DNA of 64,000 nt from Alphaproteobacteria bacterium (GTDB taxonomy: Bacteria; Pseudomonadota; Alphaproteobacteria; MPNO01; UBA830): NCBI GenBank assembly GCA_965243135.1, contig OZ251539.1, positions 2,016,001 through 2,080,000 on the forward strand, given 5' to 3'. Below, piece after piece: positions 42,580 through 54,686 of this stretch. Below the pieces are notes generated by a model. The model was not told where the DNA came from and did no database searches. It was given only the letters and a program-made list of their open reading frames with translations. Position 1 is the stretch's first letter. Each line of letters begins with the position of its first letter. Both the position numbers and the translations under genes were made by a program.

Positions 42580-44982
42580 TCAGTGGGTCACCACGCCTTC
42601 GACGTTCGGCTTCGCCTCGCGGCCGGCCAGGGCGGCCGCCTCTTCTTCGTCCCATTCGATCGGAACCGGCTGACGCGACAGCGCCTCGGAAAGCACTTCG
42701 TCCACCGAACTCACCGGCACGATCTTGAGGCCCTTCTTCACGTTCTCCGGGATCTCGACCAGTTCCTTCTCGTTCTCCTTCGGAACCAGCACCGTGCTTA
42801 TGCCGCCTCGATGAGCCGCGAGCAGCTTCTCCTTCAGTCCGCCGATCGGCAGCACGCGGCCGCGCAGGGTGATTTCCCCGGTCATGGCGACGTCGCGCCG
42901 AACCGGAATCCCGCTCAGGGCGGAGACGATCGACGTGCACATCGCGACGCCCGCGGAAGGCCCGTCCTTGGGCGTGGCGCCTTCGGGCACGTGCACGTGA
43001 ATGTCGCGCTTCTCGAACGTCGTCGGCCGAATGCCGAACACGGCCAGCCTGGACCGCACGTAGCTGCGCGCCGCCTGCACCGATTCCTGCATCACGTTTC
43101 CAAGCTTGCCGGTCTGCGAAACCGCGCCCTTGCCCGGCATCACCAGCGCCTCGACGGAAAGCAGTTCCCCGCCGACTTCCGTCCAGGCGAGGCCGTTGGT
43201 CACGCCCACGAGATCCTCCGATTCGATTTCTCCGAATCGATAGCGCGGCACGCCTGCGTAGGTCTTGAGATTCCTGCGCGTGATTCGCAGCCTCTTCTTG
43301 TCGCCCGAGAGTTCCTTCACGGCCTTGCGCGCGAGATTCGCGAGCTCGCGCTCGAGATTGCGGACGCCGGCTTCGCGCGTGTAGAGGCGGATCAGTTCCC
43401 GGAGCGCGTCGTCGGCGATGGACCATTCCGACTTCTTGAGGCCGTGCGCCTCCATCTGCTTTCCGATGAGGTGGCGCCGGGCGATCTGAACCTTCTCGTC
43501 TTCGGTGTATCCGGACAGCCGGATGACTTCCATCCTGTCGAGAAGCGGCTGCGGCATGCGCAGCGTGTTGGCCGTGGTGAGGAACATCACGTCCGACAGA
43601 TCGTAATCGACTTCCAGATAGTGATCCTGGAACGTGTTGTTCTGCTCGGGATCGAGCACCTCCAGCAACGCCGAGGTGGGGTCGCCGCGCCAGTCCGAAC
43701 CCAGCTTGTCGACCTCGTCCAGGAGGAACAGCGGGTTCGAGGATTTCGCCTTCTTCATGTTCTGGACGATCTTGCCCGGCATGGAGCCGATGTAGGTGCG
43801 CCGGTGCCCGCGAATCTCCGCCTCGTCCCGGACGCCGCCCAGCGACACCCGCACGAAATTGCGCCCGGTGGCGCGGGCGATCGACTTGCCGAGCGAGGTC
43901 TTGCCGACTCCGGGCGGGCCGACGAGGCAGAGTATGGGACCCTTCACCTTGCGGACGCGCATCTGCACCGCGAGATATTCGAGAATTCGCTCCTTCACCT
44001 TGTCCAGGCTGTAATGGTCCTCGTTCAGGACCTTCTCCGCCAGCTTGATGTCCTTTTTCACGCGCGAATACTTGCGCCACGGAATGGCGAGCAGCCAGTC
44101 GAGGTAATTCCTGACCACGGTCGCTTCCGCCGACATCGGGCTCATCGACCTGAGCTTCTTGAGCTCGGTCTTCGCCTTCTCCCTGGCCTCCTTGGTTAGC
44201 TTGGTCTTCTTGATTCGCTGCTCGAGCTCGCTGGCCTCGTCGACGCTCTCCTCGGAACCGCCGAGCTCCTTCTGGATCGCCTTGAGCTGCTCGTTCAGAT
44301 AATATTCCCTCTGCGACTTCTCCATCTGCCGCTTGACGCGGCTGCGGATGCGCTTCTCGACCTGCAGAACCCCGATCTCCGATTCCATGAACCCGTAGGC
44401 GCGCTCGAGCCGCTCCGCGGGCGAAACGAGTTCGAGCAGTTCCTGCTTCTCGGAAATCTTGAGCGCCAGATGCGAGGCGATCGTATCGGACAGCTTGCCC
44501 GGCTCGTCGATCTGGTTGAGCGAAACCAGCACCTCGGGCGGAATCTTCTTGTTGAGCTTGATGTACTGCTCGAACTGGCCGATCACTGATCCTCCGAGGG
44601 CGTCGAAGTCCTTGCCGGCGTCCTTGACGTCCTCCATCCGCTCGACTTCGGCCTCGAAGAAGTCGTCGTCCTTGGCGTACCGGACGATCCGCGCCCGGTG
44701 GCTGCCTTCGACCAGAATCTTCACGGTGCCGTCCGGCAGATTGAGCAGCTGCAGCACGGTGCCGACCGTGCCGACGGAGTAGATGTCCCCGGGAGCCGGA
44801 TCGTCCTCGCCCGCGTTCTTCTGGGCGATCAGCAGGATCTGCTTGTCGTCCTGCATGACCCCCTTGAGGGCCCGGACCGACTTTTCGCGCCCCACGAAGA
44901 GCGGCACGATCATGTGCGGAAAAACGACGATGTCTCTCAACGGGAGAACCGGTAGCGTCGTTGTCTGGTCTGAATCGGCCAT
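42580..44982 (-). CDS. lon: ATP-dependent protease La
   Basis: [27 protein letters not shown]. Confidence 0.97.
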   Translation of the reverse strand: MADSDQTTTLPVLPLRDIVVFPHMIVPLFVGREKSVRALKGVMQDDKQILLIAQKNAGEDDPAPGDIYSVGTVGTVLQLLNLPDGTVKILVEGSHRARIVRYAKDDDFFEAEVERMEDVKDAGKDFDALGGSVIGQFEQYIKLNKKIPPEVLVSLNQIDEPGKLSDTIASHLALKISEKQELLELVSPAERLERAYGFMESEIGVLQVEKRIRSRVKRQMEKSQREYYLNEQLKAIQKELGGSEESVDEASELEQRIKKTKLTKEAREKAKTELKKLRSMSPMSAEATVVRNYLDWLLAIPWRKYSRVKKDIKLAEKVLNEDHYSLDKVKERILEYLAVQMRVRKVKGPILCLVGPPGVGKTSLGKSIARATGRNFVRVSLGGVRDEAEIRGHRRTYIGSMPGKIVQNMKKAKSSNPLFLLDEVDKLGSDWRGDPTSALLEVLDPEQNNTFQDHYLEVDYDLSDVMFLTTANTLRMPQPLLDRMEVIRLSGYTEDEKVQIARRHLIGKQMEAHGLKKSEWSIADDALRELIRLYTREAGVRNLERELANLARKAVKELSGDKKRLRITRRNLKTYAGVPRYRFGEIESEDLVGVTNGLAWTEVGGELLSVEALVMPGKGAVSQTGKLGNVMQESVQAARSYVRSRLAVFGIRPTTFEKRDIHVHVPEGATPKDGPSAGVAMCTSIVSALSGIPVRRDVAMTGEITLRGRVLPIGGLKEKLLAAHRGGISTVLVPKENEKELVEIPENVKKGLKIVPVSSVDEVLSEALSRQPVPIEWDEEEAAALAGREAKPNVEGVVTH

Positions 44983-45038
44983 TCTGCTGCTCCGTTAGGT
45001 GTGCGCGAGTTCTCAATGTGGTTCGGGACGCGCGGAAA

Positions 45039-46304
45039 TCAACTTGCCGTGCCGCTTTCCCCGAGCCTGTCGGAATAGATGTAGAGAGGCTGCGCCCGGC
45101 CCTCGACGACTTCGCCGTTGATGGCGATCTCCTCGACTCCCTCGAGGCCGGGCAGTTCGAACATGGTCCCGAGCAGGATGTTCTCCAGAATCGACCGCAG
45201 GCCCCTGGCGCCGGTCTTGCGGCTGATCGCCTTGTTGGCGACAGCGTGGAGCGCGTCGTCGCTGAAGGTGAGCTTGACGTCCTCCATTTCGAAGAGGCGT
45301 CCGTACTGCTTCACGAGCGCGTTCTTCGGCGTCGTGAGAATCTCCACCAGCGATTCCTCGTCGAGATCCTCGAGGGTCGCGATCACGGGAAGGCGGCCCA
45401 CGAACTCGGGGATCAGCCCGAACTTCAGAAGGTCCTCCGGCTGAACGCCGCGCAGGATTTCCCCGGCGGGCCGGTCGTCCGGGCTTCGCACGTCGGCCCC
45501 GAAACCGATGCTCGACCCCTGGCCCCGGTTGCTGATGATCTTGTCGAGCCGCGAGAACGCGCCGCCGCATATGAACAGGATGTTCGTCGTGTCGACCTGC
45601 AGGAACTCCTGCTGCGGATGCTTGCGTCCGCCCTGCGGCGGAACGGAAGCGACCGTGCCCTCCATGATCTTCAGCAGGGCCTGCTGCACCCCCTCCCCCG
45701 AAACGTCGCGGGTGATCGACGGGTTGTCCGACTTGCGGGAAATCTTGTCCACCTCGTCGATGTAGACGATGCCGCGCTGCGCCCGCTCGACGTTGTAATC
45801 GGCCGCCTGGAGCAGCTTGAGGATGATGTTCTCCACGTCTTCGCCGACGTACCCCGCTTCGGTGAGCGTGGTGGCGTCGGCCATCGTGAAGGGAACGTCG
45901 AGGATGCGGGCGAGGGTCTGGGCGAGCAACGTCTTGCCGCAGCCCGTCGGACCGATGAGGATGATGTTGGATTTCGCGATCTCGACGTCGTTGGCCTTCT
46001 GGCCGTGGGACAGGCGCTTGTAATGGTTGTGGACGGCGACCGAAAGCACGCGCTTGGCATGCGACTGGCCGATGACGTAATCGTCGAGGACGGAGCAAAT
46101 CTCGCGCGGATTCGGCACGCCGTCGCGCGACTTGACGAGCGTCGTCTTGTGCTCCTCCCGGATAATGTCCATGCACAGTTCGACGCATTCGTCGCAGATG
46201 AACACCGTCGGGCCGGCGATCAGCTTCCGAACCTCGTGCTGACTCTTGCCGCAAAACGAGCAGTAAAGGACGTTCTTGGAATCGCCGCCTGCGGATTTGC
46301 TCAT
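45039..46304 (-). CDS. clpX: Clp protease ATP-binding subunit ClpX
   Basis: CSFCGK zinc finger, [11 protein letters not shown] loop. Confidence 0.97.
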   Translation of the reverse strand: MSKSAGGDSKNVLYCSFCGKSQHEVRKLIAGPTVFICDECVELCMDIIREEHKTTLVKSRDGVPNPREICSVLDDYVIGQSHAKRVLSVAVHNHYKRLSHGQKANDVEIAKSNIILIGPTGCGKTLLAQTLARILDVPFTMADATTLTEAGYVGEDVENIILKLLQAADYNVERAQRGIVYIDEVDKISRKSDNPSITRDVSGEGVQQALLKIMEGTVASVPPQGGRKHPQQEFLQVDTTNILFICGGAFSRLDKIISNRGQGSSIGFGADVRSPDDRPAGEILRGVQPEDLLKFGLIPEFVGRLPVIATLEDLDEESLVEILTTPKNALVKQYGRLFEMEDVKLTFSDDALHAVANKAISRKTGARGLRSILENILLGTMFELPGLEGVEEIAINGEVVEGRAQPLYIYSDRLGESGTAS

Positions 46305-46335
46305 GAACGCACCTGACTAAGGCCTCGGTTCCGGC

Positions 46336-46364
46336 ATGTTACCCGCAAGAGGCGCCGAGGTCAA
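46336..46364 (-). promoter_or_regulatory. putative sigma70 promoter of clpX
   Basis: TTGACC-N17-TAACAT on the minus strand. Confidence 0.55.
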
Positions 46365-46419
46365 CGAGCCGCCCCGCCCGGGTTCGGCCGCGGCGGCGGC
46401 GCGCCTCGCCCGCAACCGG

Positions 46420-47082
46420 CTACTCGTCCTTTTCGGGTTTCGAATCGCCCGCGGGCGCCGGCCGCTCGGCGACGACCTCGTCGACGATGCCGAATTCCCG
46501 GGCTTCGTCGGCGGAGAGAAACTTGTCCCGCTCCACCGCGGCCTCCATCGTTTCCAGGTCCTGTCCGGTATGCCGCGCGTAAATCTCGTTGAGGCGCGAC
46601 CGAAGCGACAGGATCTCGCGGGCGTGGATCTCGATATCGGTCGCCTGGCCCTGGAATCCGCCCGACGGCTGATGCACCATGATTCTGGCGTTGGGCAGGG
46701 TGTAGCGTTTGCCCGCCTTCCCGGCCGCCAGCAGCAAAGACCCCATCGACGCGGCCTGCCCGATGCAGACCGTCGATATGTCCGGCCTGATGTACTGCAT
46801 GGTGTCGTATATCGCGAGGCCGGCGCTCACGAGCCCGCCCGGCGAGTTGACGTAGAACGCGACGTCCTTGGTCGGGTTTTCCGATTCGAGAAAAAGAAGC
46901 TGCGCGCAGATCAGGCTGGCGACGTGATCGTCCACGGGACCGGTGAGGAAAACGATTCGCTCCTTCAGGAGCCGCGAATAGATGTCGTAGGCGCGCTCCC
47001 CCCGAGCCGTCTGCTCGACCACCATGGGCACAAGCGCGTTCATCCGCGCCTCTCCCCGCGCATTGCCGCTCCCGTTCTTCAT
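46420..47082 (-). CDS. clpP: Clp protease proteolytic subunit
   Basis: [25 protein letters not shown]; alternative start at 47043. Confidence 0.96.
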   Translation of the reverse strand: MKNGSGNARGEARMNALVPMVVEQTARGERAYDIYSRLLKERIVFLTGPVDDHVASLICAQLLFLESENPTKDVAFYVNSPGGLVSAGLAIYDTMQYIRPDISTVCIGQAASMGSLLLAAGKAGKRYTLPNARIMVHQPSGGFQGQATDIEIHAREILSLRSRLNEIYARHTGQDLETMEAAVERDKFLSADEAREFGIVDEVVAERPAPAGDSKPEKDE

Positions 47083-48428
47083 TCTTCGACTCCTTCCGCC
47101 GACTCGCCGGGTTCGCCGTACAGTTCCTTCTCGGCGACGACGCGATCCGTCACCTGCGCAAGCTCGAGGACGTAATCGACGGCCTTCTCTTCCAGAAGCG
47201 CGTTCCGAATCGCCTCCACCACCTCCGGGTTGCGGTTGTACAGTTCCAGCATCTCGTCGCTGCCGCCGACGGTGGCGACGAGAGCCCTTGCATGCTGGAA
47301 CATTCCCCGCGTCAGTTCGTCCTCGGAAACGGCCAGCCCTTCCCTGTCGACGACGTCGTTCAGCAGCAGCCCCGTCGAAACGCGCCGCCGCGCGATGTTC
47401 ATATAGGTTTCCCGGAGCTCCTCCTCCGACTTTTCCCTATCCTCCTCGTCGAGCGTGCCGGCCTCCCGCGCCCGCTCGACGTCGCGCCAGATCGCGTCGA
47501 ATTGCCGTTCCAGCATTCCGGGCGGAACGTCGACGTCGATCATCTCCGAGAGCTTGTCGAACAGGTCGACCTTGAGCCGTTTCCGCGAATCCAGCAGATG
47601 CTCGCGTTCGCGATCCTTGCGAATGGCCGCCCGGAGTTCGGCCAGACTTTCATGGCCCATGGATTCGGCGAGCGAATCGTCGACCAGAACGGGATCGGGT
47701 TCGCGAACCTCGACGACTTTCACCTCGAACGCGGCCTCTTTGCCCCGCAGATTTTCGGGGAAGCGGTCGTCGGCGAACGAGACGCTCACCTCGCGCGCGT
47801 CGCCCGCGACCAGGCCGACGAGCCGTTCGTCGAACTCGGAAAAAAGCTGGCCGCGCCCGAGCAGCAGCTCGAACCCCTCCGCCGAGCCCCCCTCGAACGG
47901 CTCGCCGTCGATGCGGCCGTCATAGTCGATCACCACCATGTCGCCCTCGGCGGCCGCCCGGCCGGCGCCGGGGCTGTAGGTCCGGCGCGATGCGGCGAGG
48001 ATTCCGAGGTTCTCCTCGACCCTTTCGTCCGTAACTTCGACGACCATCCGCTCGAGTTCGATCGCGCCGAAATCGACGGAGGGAATGTCGGGCAACACCT
48101 CGACCGTCAGCTTGTATTCCAGATCGGCGCCGTCCTCGTTCGTGACGATATCGATCGCGGGCGGCATCGCCGGGCGCAGTTCCCTCTCGTCCATCGCCCG
48201 TTGCGCGGTTTCCTGCACGGTCGTCTCGACCGTCTCGGCGCGAGCGGCCTTGCCGAAACGCGCCTTCAGCACGGATATCGGAACCTTGCCGGGCCGAAAA
48301 CCCGGGATGGGGGCCGCTTGCCCGACTTCCTTGAGTCTTTCCGCGACGCGGCTCTCGAAATCGTCCTTCGGCACGACGACGTTCAATACGCGCCGGTGTT
48401 TTTCGCTGCCCGTTTCGGTAACCTGCAT
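47079..48428 (-). CDS. tig: trigger factor
   Basis: PGFRPGKVP signature, FKBP domain, position upstream of clpP. Confidence 0.95.
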   Translation of the reverse strand: MQVTETGSEKHRRVLNVVVPKDDFESRVAERLKEVGQAAPIPGFRPGKVPISVLKARFGKAARAETVETTVQETAQRAMDERELRPAMPPAIDIVTNEDGADLEYKLTVEVLPDIPSVDFGAIELERMVVEVTDERVEENLGILAASRRTYSPGAGRAAAEGDMVVIDYDGRIDGEPFEGGSAEGFELLLGRGQLFSEFDERLVGLVAGDAREVSVSFADDRFPENLRGKEAAFEVKVVEVREPDPVLVDDSLAESMGHESLAELRAAIRKDREREHLLDSRKRLKVDLFDKLSEMIDVDVPPGMLERQFDAIWRDVERAREAGTLDEEDREKSEEELRETYMNIARRRVSTGLLLNDVVDREGLAVSEDELTRGMFQHARALVATVGGSDEMLELYNRNPEVVEAIRNALLEEKAVDYVLELAQVTDRVVAEKELYGEPGESAEGVEE

Positions 48429-48477
48429 CGTCTTCTCTCTCGGCTTTAGCTCGCGCAGTTCGTGCGCGGCTGCGTTC

Positions 48478-48562
48478 TGGTGCGGGCGAAGGGACTCGAA
48501 CCCCCACGGCTTGCGCCACCAGATCCTAAATCTGGCGTGTCTACCAGTTTCACCACGCCCGC
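48478..48562 (-). tRNA. tRNA-Leu(TAG)
   Basis: GCGGGCGTGGTGAAACTGGTAGAC...TTTAGGA, long variable arm, CCA. Confidence 0.95.
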
Positions 48563-48600
48563 ATGCGCCGACGAACACCTAATCGCGAGATCGCCGCCCG

Positions 48601-50955
48601 TCAACCGGCGCGCGAAGCGACGAGGCAGGCCCGCGCCGCCGCGTCGAGAATCGCATCGGCGTCGATTCCGTAATGAGCGTAGAGGTCCGGCAAATCGCCC
48701 GATTGCCCGAAGCTGTCGACGCCAAGCGGATAGATTCTGTGGCCGGCGACGGACCCGAACCAGCCGAGGGTCGCCGAATGACCGTCGCAGACCGTCACCA
48801 GCGCGGCGCTCGCGTCCATGCTCGACAACAGCCGTTCCACGTGCGCCACGACGCCGTCCTCGCCCGACCTGCGGGCCCGGCGGGCGCCGATCCAATCGGC
48901 GTGGAGGCGGTCGGCCGAGGTGACCGCGAGCAGCCCGGCCTCCGGAACGTCCTCGGCCAGATCCCGATAGGCCGACATCGCTTCCGGCGCCACGGCGCCC
49001 ATATACGCGATCGCCAGCGCGCTGCCGGCCGCCGGCTCCCGCAACCAGTAGCCTCCGGCGGTTATCGCCCCCCGGCCCTCCGCATCCAGCGACCGGTCGG
49101 GCTGATCGACCGGCCGGGTCGAAAGGCGAAGCGCGACGGAGCCGCCGTCCTCGTCCTGCATGTAATCGAACGCCCAGCGCATGATTTCGGCCAGCTCGTC
49201 GACGAAGGCGGGTTCGAAGGAGGCCATGCCGGGCTGCGCAAGCGTGATCAGCGTCGTTTCCGAAGCCTGGTGCGCGCCCCCTTCCGGAGCCAGCGTGATC
49301 CCGGAGGGCGTCGCCGCCAGCATGAATCGCGCGCCCTGATAGCAGGCATAGTTCATGGCGTCCAGGCCGCGGCGTATGAACGGATCGTAGAGGGTGCCTA
49401 TCGGCAACAGACGGACTCCGAACATGCTGTCCGCGAGTCCCAGCGCCGAGAGCTGGAGGAACAGATTGGTTTCGGCGATGCCGAGTTCGATATGCTGGCC
49501 CTCGGGATCCATGCGCCATCTCTGCGCGGACACGACGCTTTCTTCCGCGAACGTATCGGCCCTTTCGGAACGGCCGAAGATGCCGCGCCTGTTCACCCAG
49601 GGTCCGAGTCCGGTCGAGACCGTCACGTCGGGCGACGTCGATACGATCCGGTCCGCCAGGCTTCCGCCGGCCGCGGCGAGGCGGTTGAGTATCCTCCCGA
49701 AGCCGTCCTGGGTCGACATGACCGGGCGGACGTCCGCCTCCAGCCTGTCGGGAACGTCGATTCGGGGCGCCCGCAGGCGGCGGGGATAGCTGCGGGCGAA
49801 CGGCACTTCGGCAAGAAACGCCTCCAGGCCGGCGTCGTCGACGCCGAGTCCGGCGAAACGGTCCCATTCGGCGCCGACCGGCACGCCCATCGCGGCACGG
49901 AAGGCCTCCATCTGCTCCGGATTCATCAAGCCCGCGTGGTTATCCTTGTGGCCGGCGAAGGGGAGTCCGAATCCCTTCACCGTGTAAGCGATGAAACAGG
50001 TCGGCCGGTCGTCGTCGACGGCATGGAAGGCTTCGAGCGACGATTCGAGATCGTTGCCGGCCAGATTCGTCATCAGCGCCTGCAAGGAATCGTCGTCGCG
50101 GGAGGCGAGCAACGGCTTCGCCACGCCGTCCTTCGCCAGATGTTCGCGCCATGCGGCGCCGCCCTTGAAAGTGAGGGCGGAATAAAGCGAGTTCGGACAA
50201 TCGTCGATCCATTGGCGCAACGCCTCGCCGCCCGGCTCTTCGAAGGCGCGCTCGAGCAGTTTGCCGTATTTCATGGTGACGACGCGCCAGCCCATGTTCT
50301 CGAAGAGCCGGTCGATGCGGCCGAAGAGGCGGTCGGAAACGACGGAATCCAGACTCTGCCGGTTGTAGTCGATGACCCACCAGACGTTGCGGACTTCCTT
50401 CTTCCACCCTTCGAGAAGCGCCTCGTACATATTGCCTTCGTCGAGTTCGGCGTCGCCGACCACCGCGACCATGCGCCCGTCCGGCCGGTCCGGCGGCATC
50501 AGCCCCTTGAGGCGCACGTAGTCCTGGACGATCGACGAAAAGACGGTATGCGCCGCGCCGAGTCCCACGGATCCCGTGGAAATGTCCACGTCGTCGGCGT
50601 CCTTGATTCGCGACGGGTACGATTGCGCCCCTCCGAACGCCCGCAACCCTTCAAGCTGCTCGCGCGCCTGGTGTCCGAGGAGATACTGGATCGCGTGGAA
50701 AACCGGAGCCGCATGCGGCTTCACCGCGACGCGGTCGCGCGCCCGCAACACGTCGAAATACAGCGCCGTCATCACGGTCGCGACGGACGCGCTCGATGCC
50801 TGGTGCCCTCCGACCTTCAGCCCGTCGCGGGACGGCCGCACGTGATTCGCGTTGTGGATCATCCAGGCGGAAAGCCACAGCACCTTCCGCTCGAGCGCGC
50901 GCAAGGCCGTCAACTTATCGATTCGATTTTCCGCCCCCGCTTCGATGGCAGCCAT
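48601..50955 (-). CDS. transketolase-like / pyruvate dehydrogenase E1 (AceE-type) TPP enzyme
   Basis: KVGGHQASSAS, STGSVGLG, GDAELDEGN TPP motif, APEGGAHQ. Confidence 0.88.
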   Translation of the reverse strand: MAAIEAGAENRIDKLTALRALERKVLWLSAWMIHNANHVRPSRDGLKVGGHQASSASVATVMTALYFDVLRARDRVAVKPHAAPVFHAIQYLLGHQAREQLEGLRAFGGAQSYPSRIKDADDVDISTGSVGLGAAHTVFSSIVQDYVRLKGLMPPDRPDGRMVAVVGDAELDEGNMYEALLEGWKKEVRNVWWVIDYNRQSLDSVVSDRLFGRIDRLFENMGWRVVTMKYGKLLERAFEEPGGEALRQWIDDCPNSLYSALTFKGGAAWREHLAKDGVAKPLLASRDDDSLQALMTNLAGNDLESSLEAFHAVDDDRPTCFIAYTVKGFGLPFAGHKDNHAGLMNPEQMEAFRAAMGVPVGAEWDRFAGLGVDDAGLEAFLAEVPFARSYPRRLRAPRIDVPDRLEADVRPVMSTQDGFGRILNRLAAAGGSLADRIVSTSPDVTVSTGLGPWVNRRGIFGRSERADTFAEESVVSAQRWRMDPEGQHIELGIAETNLFLQLSALGLADSMFGVRLLPIGTLYDPFIRRGLDAMNYACYQGARFMLAATPSGITLAPEGGAHQASETTLITLAQPGMASFEPAFVDELAEIMRWAFDYMQDEDGGSVALRLSTRPVDQPDRSLDAEGRGAITAGGYWLREPAAGSALAIAYMGAVAPEAMSAYRDLAEDVPEAGLLAVTSADRLHADWIGARRARRSGEDGVVAHVERLLSSMDASAALVTVCDGHSATLGWFGSVAGHRIYPLGVDSFGQSGDLPDLYAHYGIDADAILDAAARACLVASRAG

Positions 50956-51201
50956 CCCGTCTCTTCCCGTTGCGCCGCCATCATAGCAACGGAAGCGCGT
51001 CCTTGCGGAACCTTCCCGAATTCCCGCGATCGGCGTCGCGAGCGTCAGGTCGAGTTTCGCCCTGAACCGCGTCGACGCCGTCCTGCCGCCGCGGCCCCGA
51101 CGGGAATGCCGCCGCCGACGCGGCGGCCGGAAGATCCCGGCTGCGCGACAGGCGCCGGGGAAAATCCGGCGCCGCGAGACGACGCGAAGGACGGATTTTT
51201 C

Positions 51202-51278
51202 TGGTCGGGGCGGACGGATTCGAACCGCCGACCCTCTGCTCCCAAAGCAGATGCGCTACCAGGCTGCGCTACGCCCCG
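51202..51278 (-). tRNA. tRNA-Pro(TGG)
   Basis: CGGGGCGTAGCGCAGCCTGGTAGCGC...TTTGGGA...GGTTCGAATCC...ACCA. Confidence 0.95.
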
Positions 51279-51328
51279 ACCGCGGACGGAAAATAGGGTC
51301 GCGGCGCAGCGGATGCAACCGCCGACCG

Positions 51329-51841
51329 TCATGGCATCGAGCGATCCGCCTGCCCCTTTTCGGCCGGCATCTTGGCGATCGGTTCGACGAACTGCAGTTC
51401 GGTATCCCAAGGGAAAAATATCCAGGTGTCCTGGCTGACTTCGGTGATGAAGGTATCCACCATCGGCCGTCCCTCGGGCTTGGCGTAGACGGTGGCGAAA
51501 TGCGCTTTCGGCAGCAGCTCGCGAACGACGCGCGCGGTCCGGCCGGTATCGACGAGATCGTCGACGATCAGCGTACCCTTCCCTTGCCCGGAATCGGAGA
51601 CGGTCTTCAGCACCTCGAGATCGCCCTGGTCCTGATGGTCGTACGAAGAGACGCAGACGGTGTCGATCAAACGCACCTCAAGCTCGCGGGCCACGATCGC
51701 CGCCGGAACCAGACCGCCCCGGGTCACCGCCACGATGCTGCGCCAAGGGCCGTCGGCCGTCAGCCGCCAAGCCAGCGCCTTGGCGTCGCGGTGAAGTTGA
51801 TCCCATGAAACCGGAAACGCCTTCTGAAAATGCTCGGCCAT
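51329..51841 (-). CDS. gpt: xanthine phosphoribosyltransferase
   Basis: [35 protein letters not shown]. Confidence 0.94.
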   Translation of the reverse strand: MAEHFQKAFPVSWDQLHRDAKALAWRLTADGPWRSIVAVTRGGLVPAAIVARELEVRLIDTVCVSSYDHQDQGDLEVLKTVSDSGQGKGTLIVDDLVDTGRTARVVRELLPKAHFATVYAKPEGRPMVDTFITEVSQDTWIFFPWDTELQFVEPIAKMPAEKGQADRSMP

Positions 51842-52269
51842 GTTCCTCCCCAGCCGCCGCTCCATCCAATGAGCGGGGCGTCAATATACCAGATGCCGGA
51901 CGCCGTCGACGCTGTCGACGCCGGCGTTTGCGCGGCGCGTGTCGTCGTCCCGGCGCCGCGGAGAAGGCGCGACAGGAACCCGCTCCCGGGCGCCCGACCG
52001 AGGCCGGCGCGCCCCATGGCCGCGACAAGATCCTCGCCCTGCGCGAGCGCGAGCGGTCAAGGATGTCCGGCGTAAGCGTTCGCTACCCGGGCGACGGAAC
52101 CTGCCCCGAAAAAACAACGAGAAAGACTGGAAACGATTCTCTGGTCCCTGTATGTTATTGGCCATGTGGTCAGAAGCCTTCGATGTCCGGGCAGCGTTGC
52201 TGGCCGAACGGGACGAGGCGTGTCAAGAAGCGGAAGCGTCGCGCCAGGGCGAATTCAAGAATGGCCATT

Positions 52270-52330
52270 GCCAAGCGCTGCCCGCGAGGAGGAGGAGGCA
52301 GCGGCCTTTCGCGAAAGCGCCGCCTGCGTC
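52270..52330 (+). repeat. imperfect direct repeat flanking the AAA/PD-(D/E)XK gene (partner at 53979-54028)
   Basis: identical 20-mer GCCAAGCGCTGCCCGCGAGG at 52270-52289 and 53979-53998, followed by shared ggcagcgg...aagcgcc..gcgtc. Confidence 0.7.
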
Positions 52331-52351
52331 CGAACGGGACGGCTCCCGGCT

Positions 52352-53899
52352 TCAGACGGTCTCGAACTCGAACCCGACGATGTTGCGCTCCTCCCGGCCG
52401 AACTCCACCCCGATCAGGTGGACCGGCACGCCCGGACGCCGGTGCTTGTCCGCGTAGCCGCGCTCCCGAATCTGCGCCAGCGCCCGGCCTTGCGGCTTCC
52501 CGTCCGCGACCTTGAACTCGAACAGATAGACGTTGCCGTTGTACAGGAGCGTCAGGTCCGAGCGGCCGCGCGCCGTGCTCTCCTCCGCGCGGACGTCCAT
52601 GCCCGCCGCCACGAAGTGCGAATAGAACACGCTCGCGTAGTGCGCCTCGTAGCCGGCCATGCCCGTGTTCGCGTACCACTCGTTCGGGATGCTCGCCAGG
52701 AACGCCCGGAACAGATTCTCGAGGCCGGCGAAGTCGTTCGCCCGCATCAGGCGGCGCAACTCCCGGCTCTCCGCCGCGACCGTGACCTCCGGCGCCATCG
52801 CCTTCAGCAGAAGCGCGTTCAGACTGCGCTTCACCTCCTGGTTCGGGTAGTCCAGCCGGTAGAGGCGCGTGTCTTCGTCCCGCTCCTCGTCGACGATGGT
52901 CAGATAGCCGGTCTGGAACAGCAGCGCCTCGACGGGAATGCGGTCGACGTCGATGGCCGACAGCAGCGCGTCGTCCGCGACCAGATCCTCCAGGGCCGGC
53001 GGCGCGAACCGGCGCCGCGACAGAAGGTCGGCGAGAAAGGTCGGCGTGCCGGTCTGGAACCAGTGCGCCTCGAACTCGCGCGTTTCGAAGAGAAGGAGAA
53101 TGTCGAACGGGTTGTAGACCCTCTCCGGCCCGCGCCAGTTGTAGCCGTTGTACCAGCGCCGAACCTTCTCCCGGTCCAGGCCCTCGAGTTCCGGGGCGAA
53201 GACCGCGTCCAGCTCGTCGTCAGTGTAGCCGCAGATGGCGCCGAAACGCGGATCGAGGGTGATGTCGCGCAGGTTGTTCAGGCCCGAGAACAGGCCCGCC
53301 TGCGAGAACTTGCTCACGCCGGTAAGGAAGGCGAACCGGACATGCGCGTCGCAGTCCTTGACGACGCTGTAGAAGCCGCGCAGGAAGTCGCGGTTGGCCA
53401 GCGCCAGTTCCCGGTCGCCGAGCGCGTCCAGAATCGGCTTGTCGTATTCGTCGACCAGAATGACCGTCCGCTGCCCGGCGCGCTCGTGCAGCGTCCTTAT
53501 CAGGCGCCGGAAACGGACCGCCGCCCCGGCGGGGCCCGGTTCGAGGCCGGCCAGCCGTTCCGTTTCCTCCAACTGGTCTTCCACGTTTCCCCGAACGAGA
53601 TCCGGGGAGTCGAAATTGCCCCCGCCGAAGCTGATCCGCACGACGGGATGGCGCGCCGACCAGTCCCACTTGCCGTGTATGGCGAGATCGCGAAACAGCT
53701 CCTCGCTTCCCTTGAACAACTCCTGCAGCGTGTCCACCAGCAGGGTCTTGCCGAACCGGCGCGGACGCGACAGAAAATAATATTGACCACCCTCGACAAG
53801 GCGGCGGACATGGTCCGTCTTGTCGACGTAGTAGCAGTCCATCTCTCCCCGGATTTTCCGGAGGGAGGTCATGCCGGTCGGCAGCATGCGCTTCGTCAT
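52352..53899 (-). CDS. AAA-ATPase-like domain plus PD-(D/E)XK nuclease protein, intact
   Basis: SRPRRFGKT, LVDEYDKP, GRSDL...YLFEFK; paralog of 421-1945. Confidence 0.92.
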   Translation of the reverse strand: MTKRMLPTGMTSLRKIRGEMDCYYVDKTDHVRRLVEGGQYYFLSRPRRFGKTLLVDTLQELFKGSEELFRDLAIHGKWDWSARHPVVRISFGGGNFDSPDLVRGNVEDQLEETERLAGLEPGPAGAAVRFRRLIRTLHERAGQRTVILVDEYDKPILDALGDRELALANRDFLRGFYSVVKDCDAHVRFAFLTGVSKFSQAGLFSGLNNLRDITLDPRFGAICGYTDDELDAVFAPELEGLDREKVRRWYNGYNWRGPERVYNPFDILLLFETREFEAHWFQTGTPTFLADLLSRRRFAPPALEDLVADDALLSAIDVDRIPVEALLFQTGYLTIVDEERDEDTRLYRLDYPNQEVKRSLNALLLKAMAPEVTVAAESRELRRLMRANDFAGLENLFRAFLASIPNEWYANTGMAGYEAHYASVFYSHFVAAGMDVRAEESTARGRSDLTLLYNGNVYLFEFKVADGKPQGRALAQIRERGYADKHRRPGVPVHLIGVEFGREERNIVGFEFETV

Positions 53900-53905
53900 C
53901 CCAGG

Positions 53906-53934
53906 AGACTAGGCCGCCGCGCCGGAGCCGTCAA
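53906..53934 (-). promoter_or_regulatory. sigma70-type leaderless promoter, homologous to 386-414
   Basis: TTGACG-N17-TAGTCT-N6-ATG on the minus strand. Confidence 0.7.
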
Positions 53935-54278
53935 GGAGCCGGCGGTCGGCAAGCAGGGCGAGGAACGGGGCGGTCATGGCCAAGCGCTGCCCGCGAGGCG
54001 GCAGCGGTGCGGGAAGCGCCAGCGTCGGGAGGTCAAGTGTAAGCGGTCACCGGCAGTTTCAGGTGCAAAGCCGCGCCTGAAAGGAAGGCGTTTCCGTTTC
54101 ACGCCTGGTCAGGCCGGAAAATGCCGCGTGCTTTCAAGCAGTTCCGCAGCACCATGTCGTGGGATTCCCTTTCCTCTGTAATAACAGCCGCCGTCTGCGG
54201 TTCTCGGCCTTTCCCGCAAGAAGCCGTGCCGATCGTGGCGACAATCAGCACATAGATATTCATCGAAACTCCGCGCCT

Positions 54279-54533
54279 CTACTCATTGCACCGAAAATGG
54301 TTGCAACGAGCGAGTTCGTAATGATTCTTCGCGCCGGAAAAATAGTACTGCCGCTCGGCCATTGCGCGGGTCGTGCGCGCCCGGTCCGAGCCGGCGGGTG
54401 CGGAACCAGGACCGATCGTTCCTGTGTTTTCTCGCGATATCCCCCCACAAGCTTGAGATCGCATATGGATTGTAGCCGGCAAGAGCGGCATAGACGACGC
54501 CGATCTTGTCCGCCTCGTTCTCGTTCGGAACGC
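54279..54533 (-). pseudogene. C-terminal remnant of an M48-family metallopeptidase
   Basis: ENEADKIGVVYAALAGYNPYAISSLW...WFRT/(H)PAGSDR across a frameshift; N-terminal part absent, replaced by the adjacent element. Confidence 0.55.
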
Positions 54534-54686
54534 TGTACGCAAGGTCGACGACGACGGCAAGCGGTGGACGACGTCTCCGGAACCTCGCAGCGCGGTTCCC
54601 GGGTATGAGTGCTCACGATAATTGATTGGGTTTGTTTCGCCGTTTTTGATGGTTTTCCATGCCGAGAACAGGGCTGGCTAGTGAGT

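Noticed and set aside
54039-54060. TGTAAGCGG as the left end of the four-gene transposon
   Set aside because: It has no matching inverted repeat or target duplication with the right end, and the peptidase remnant is cut at 54534 instead.
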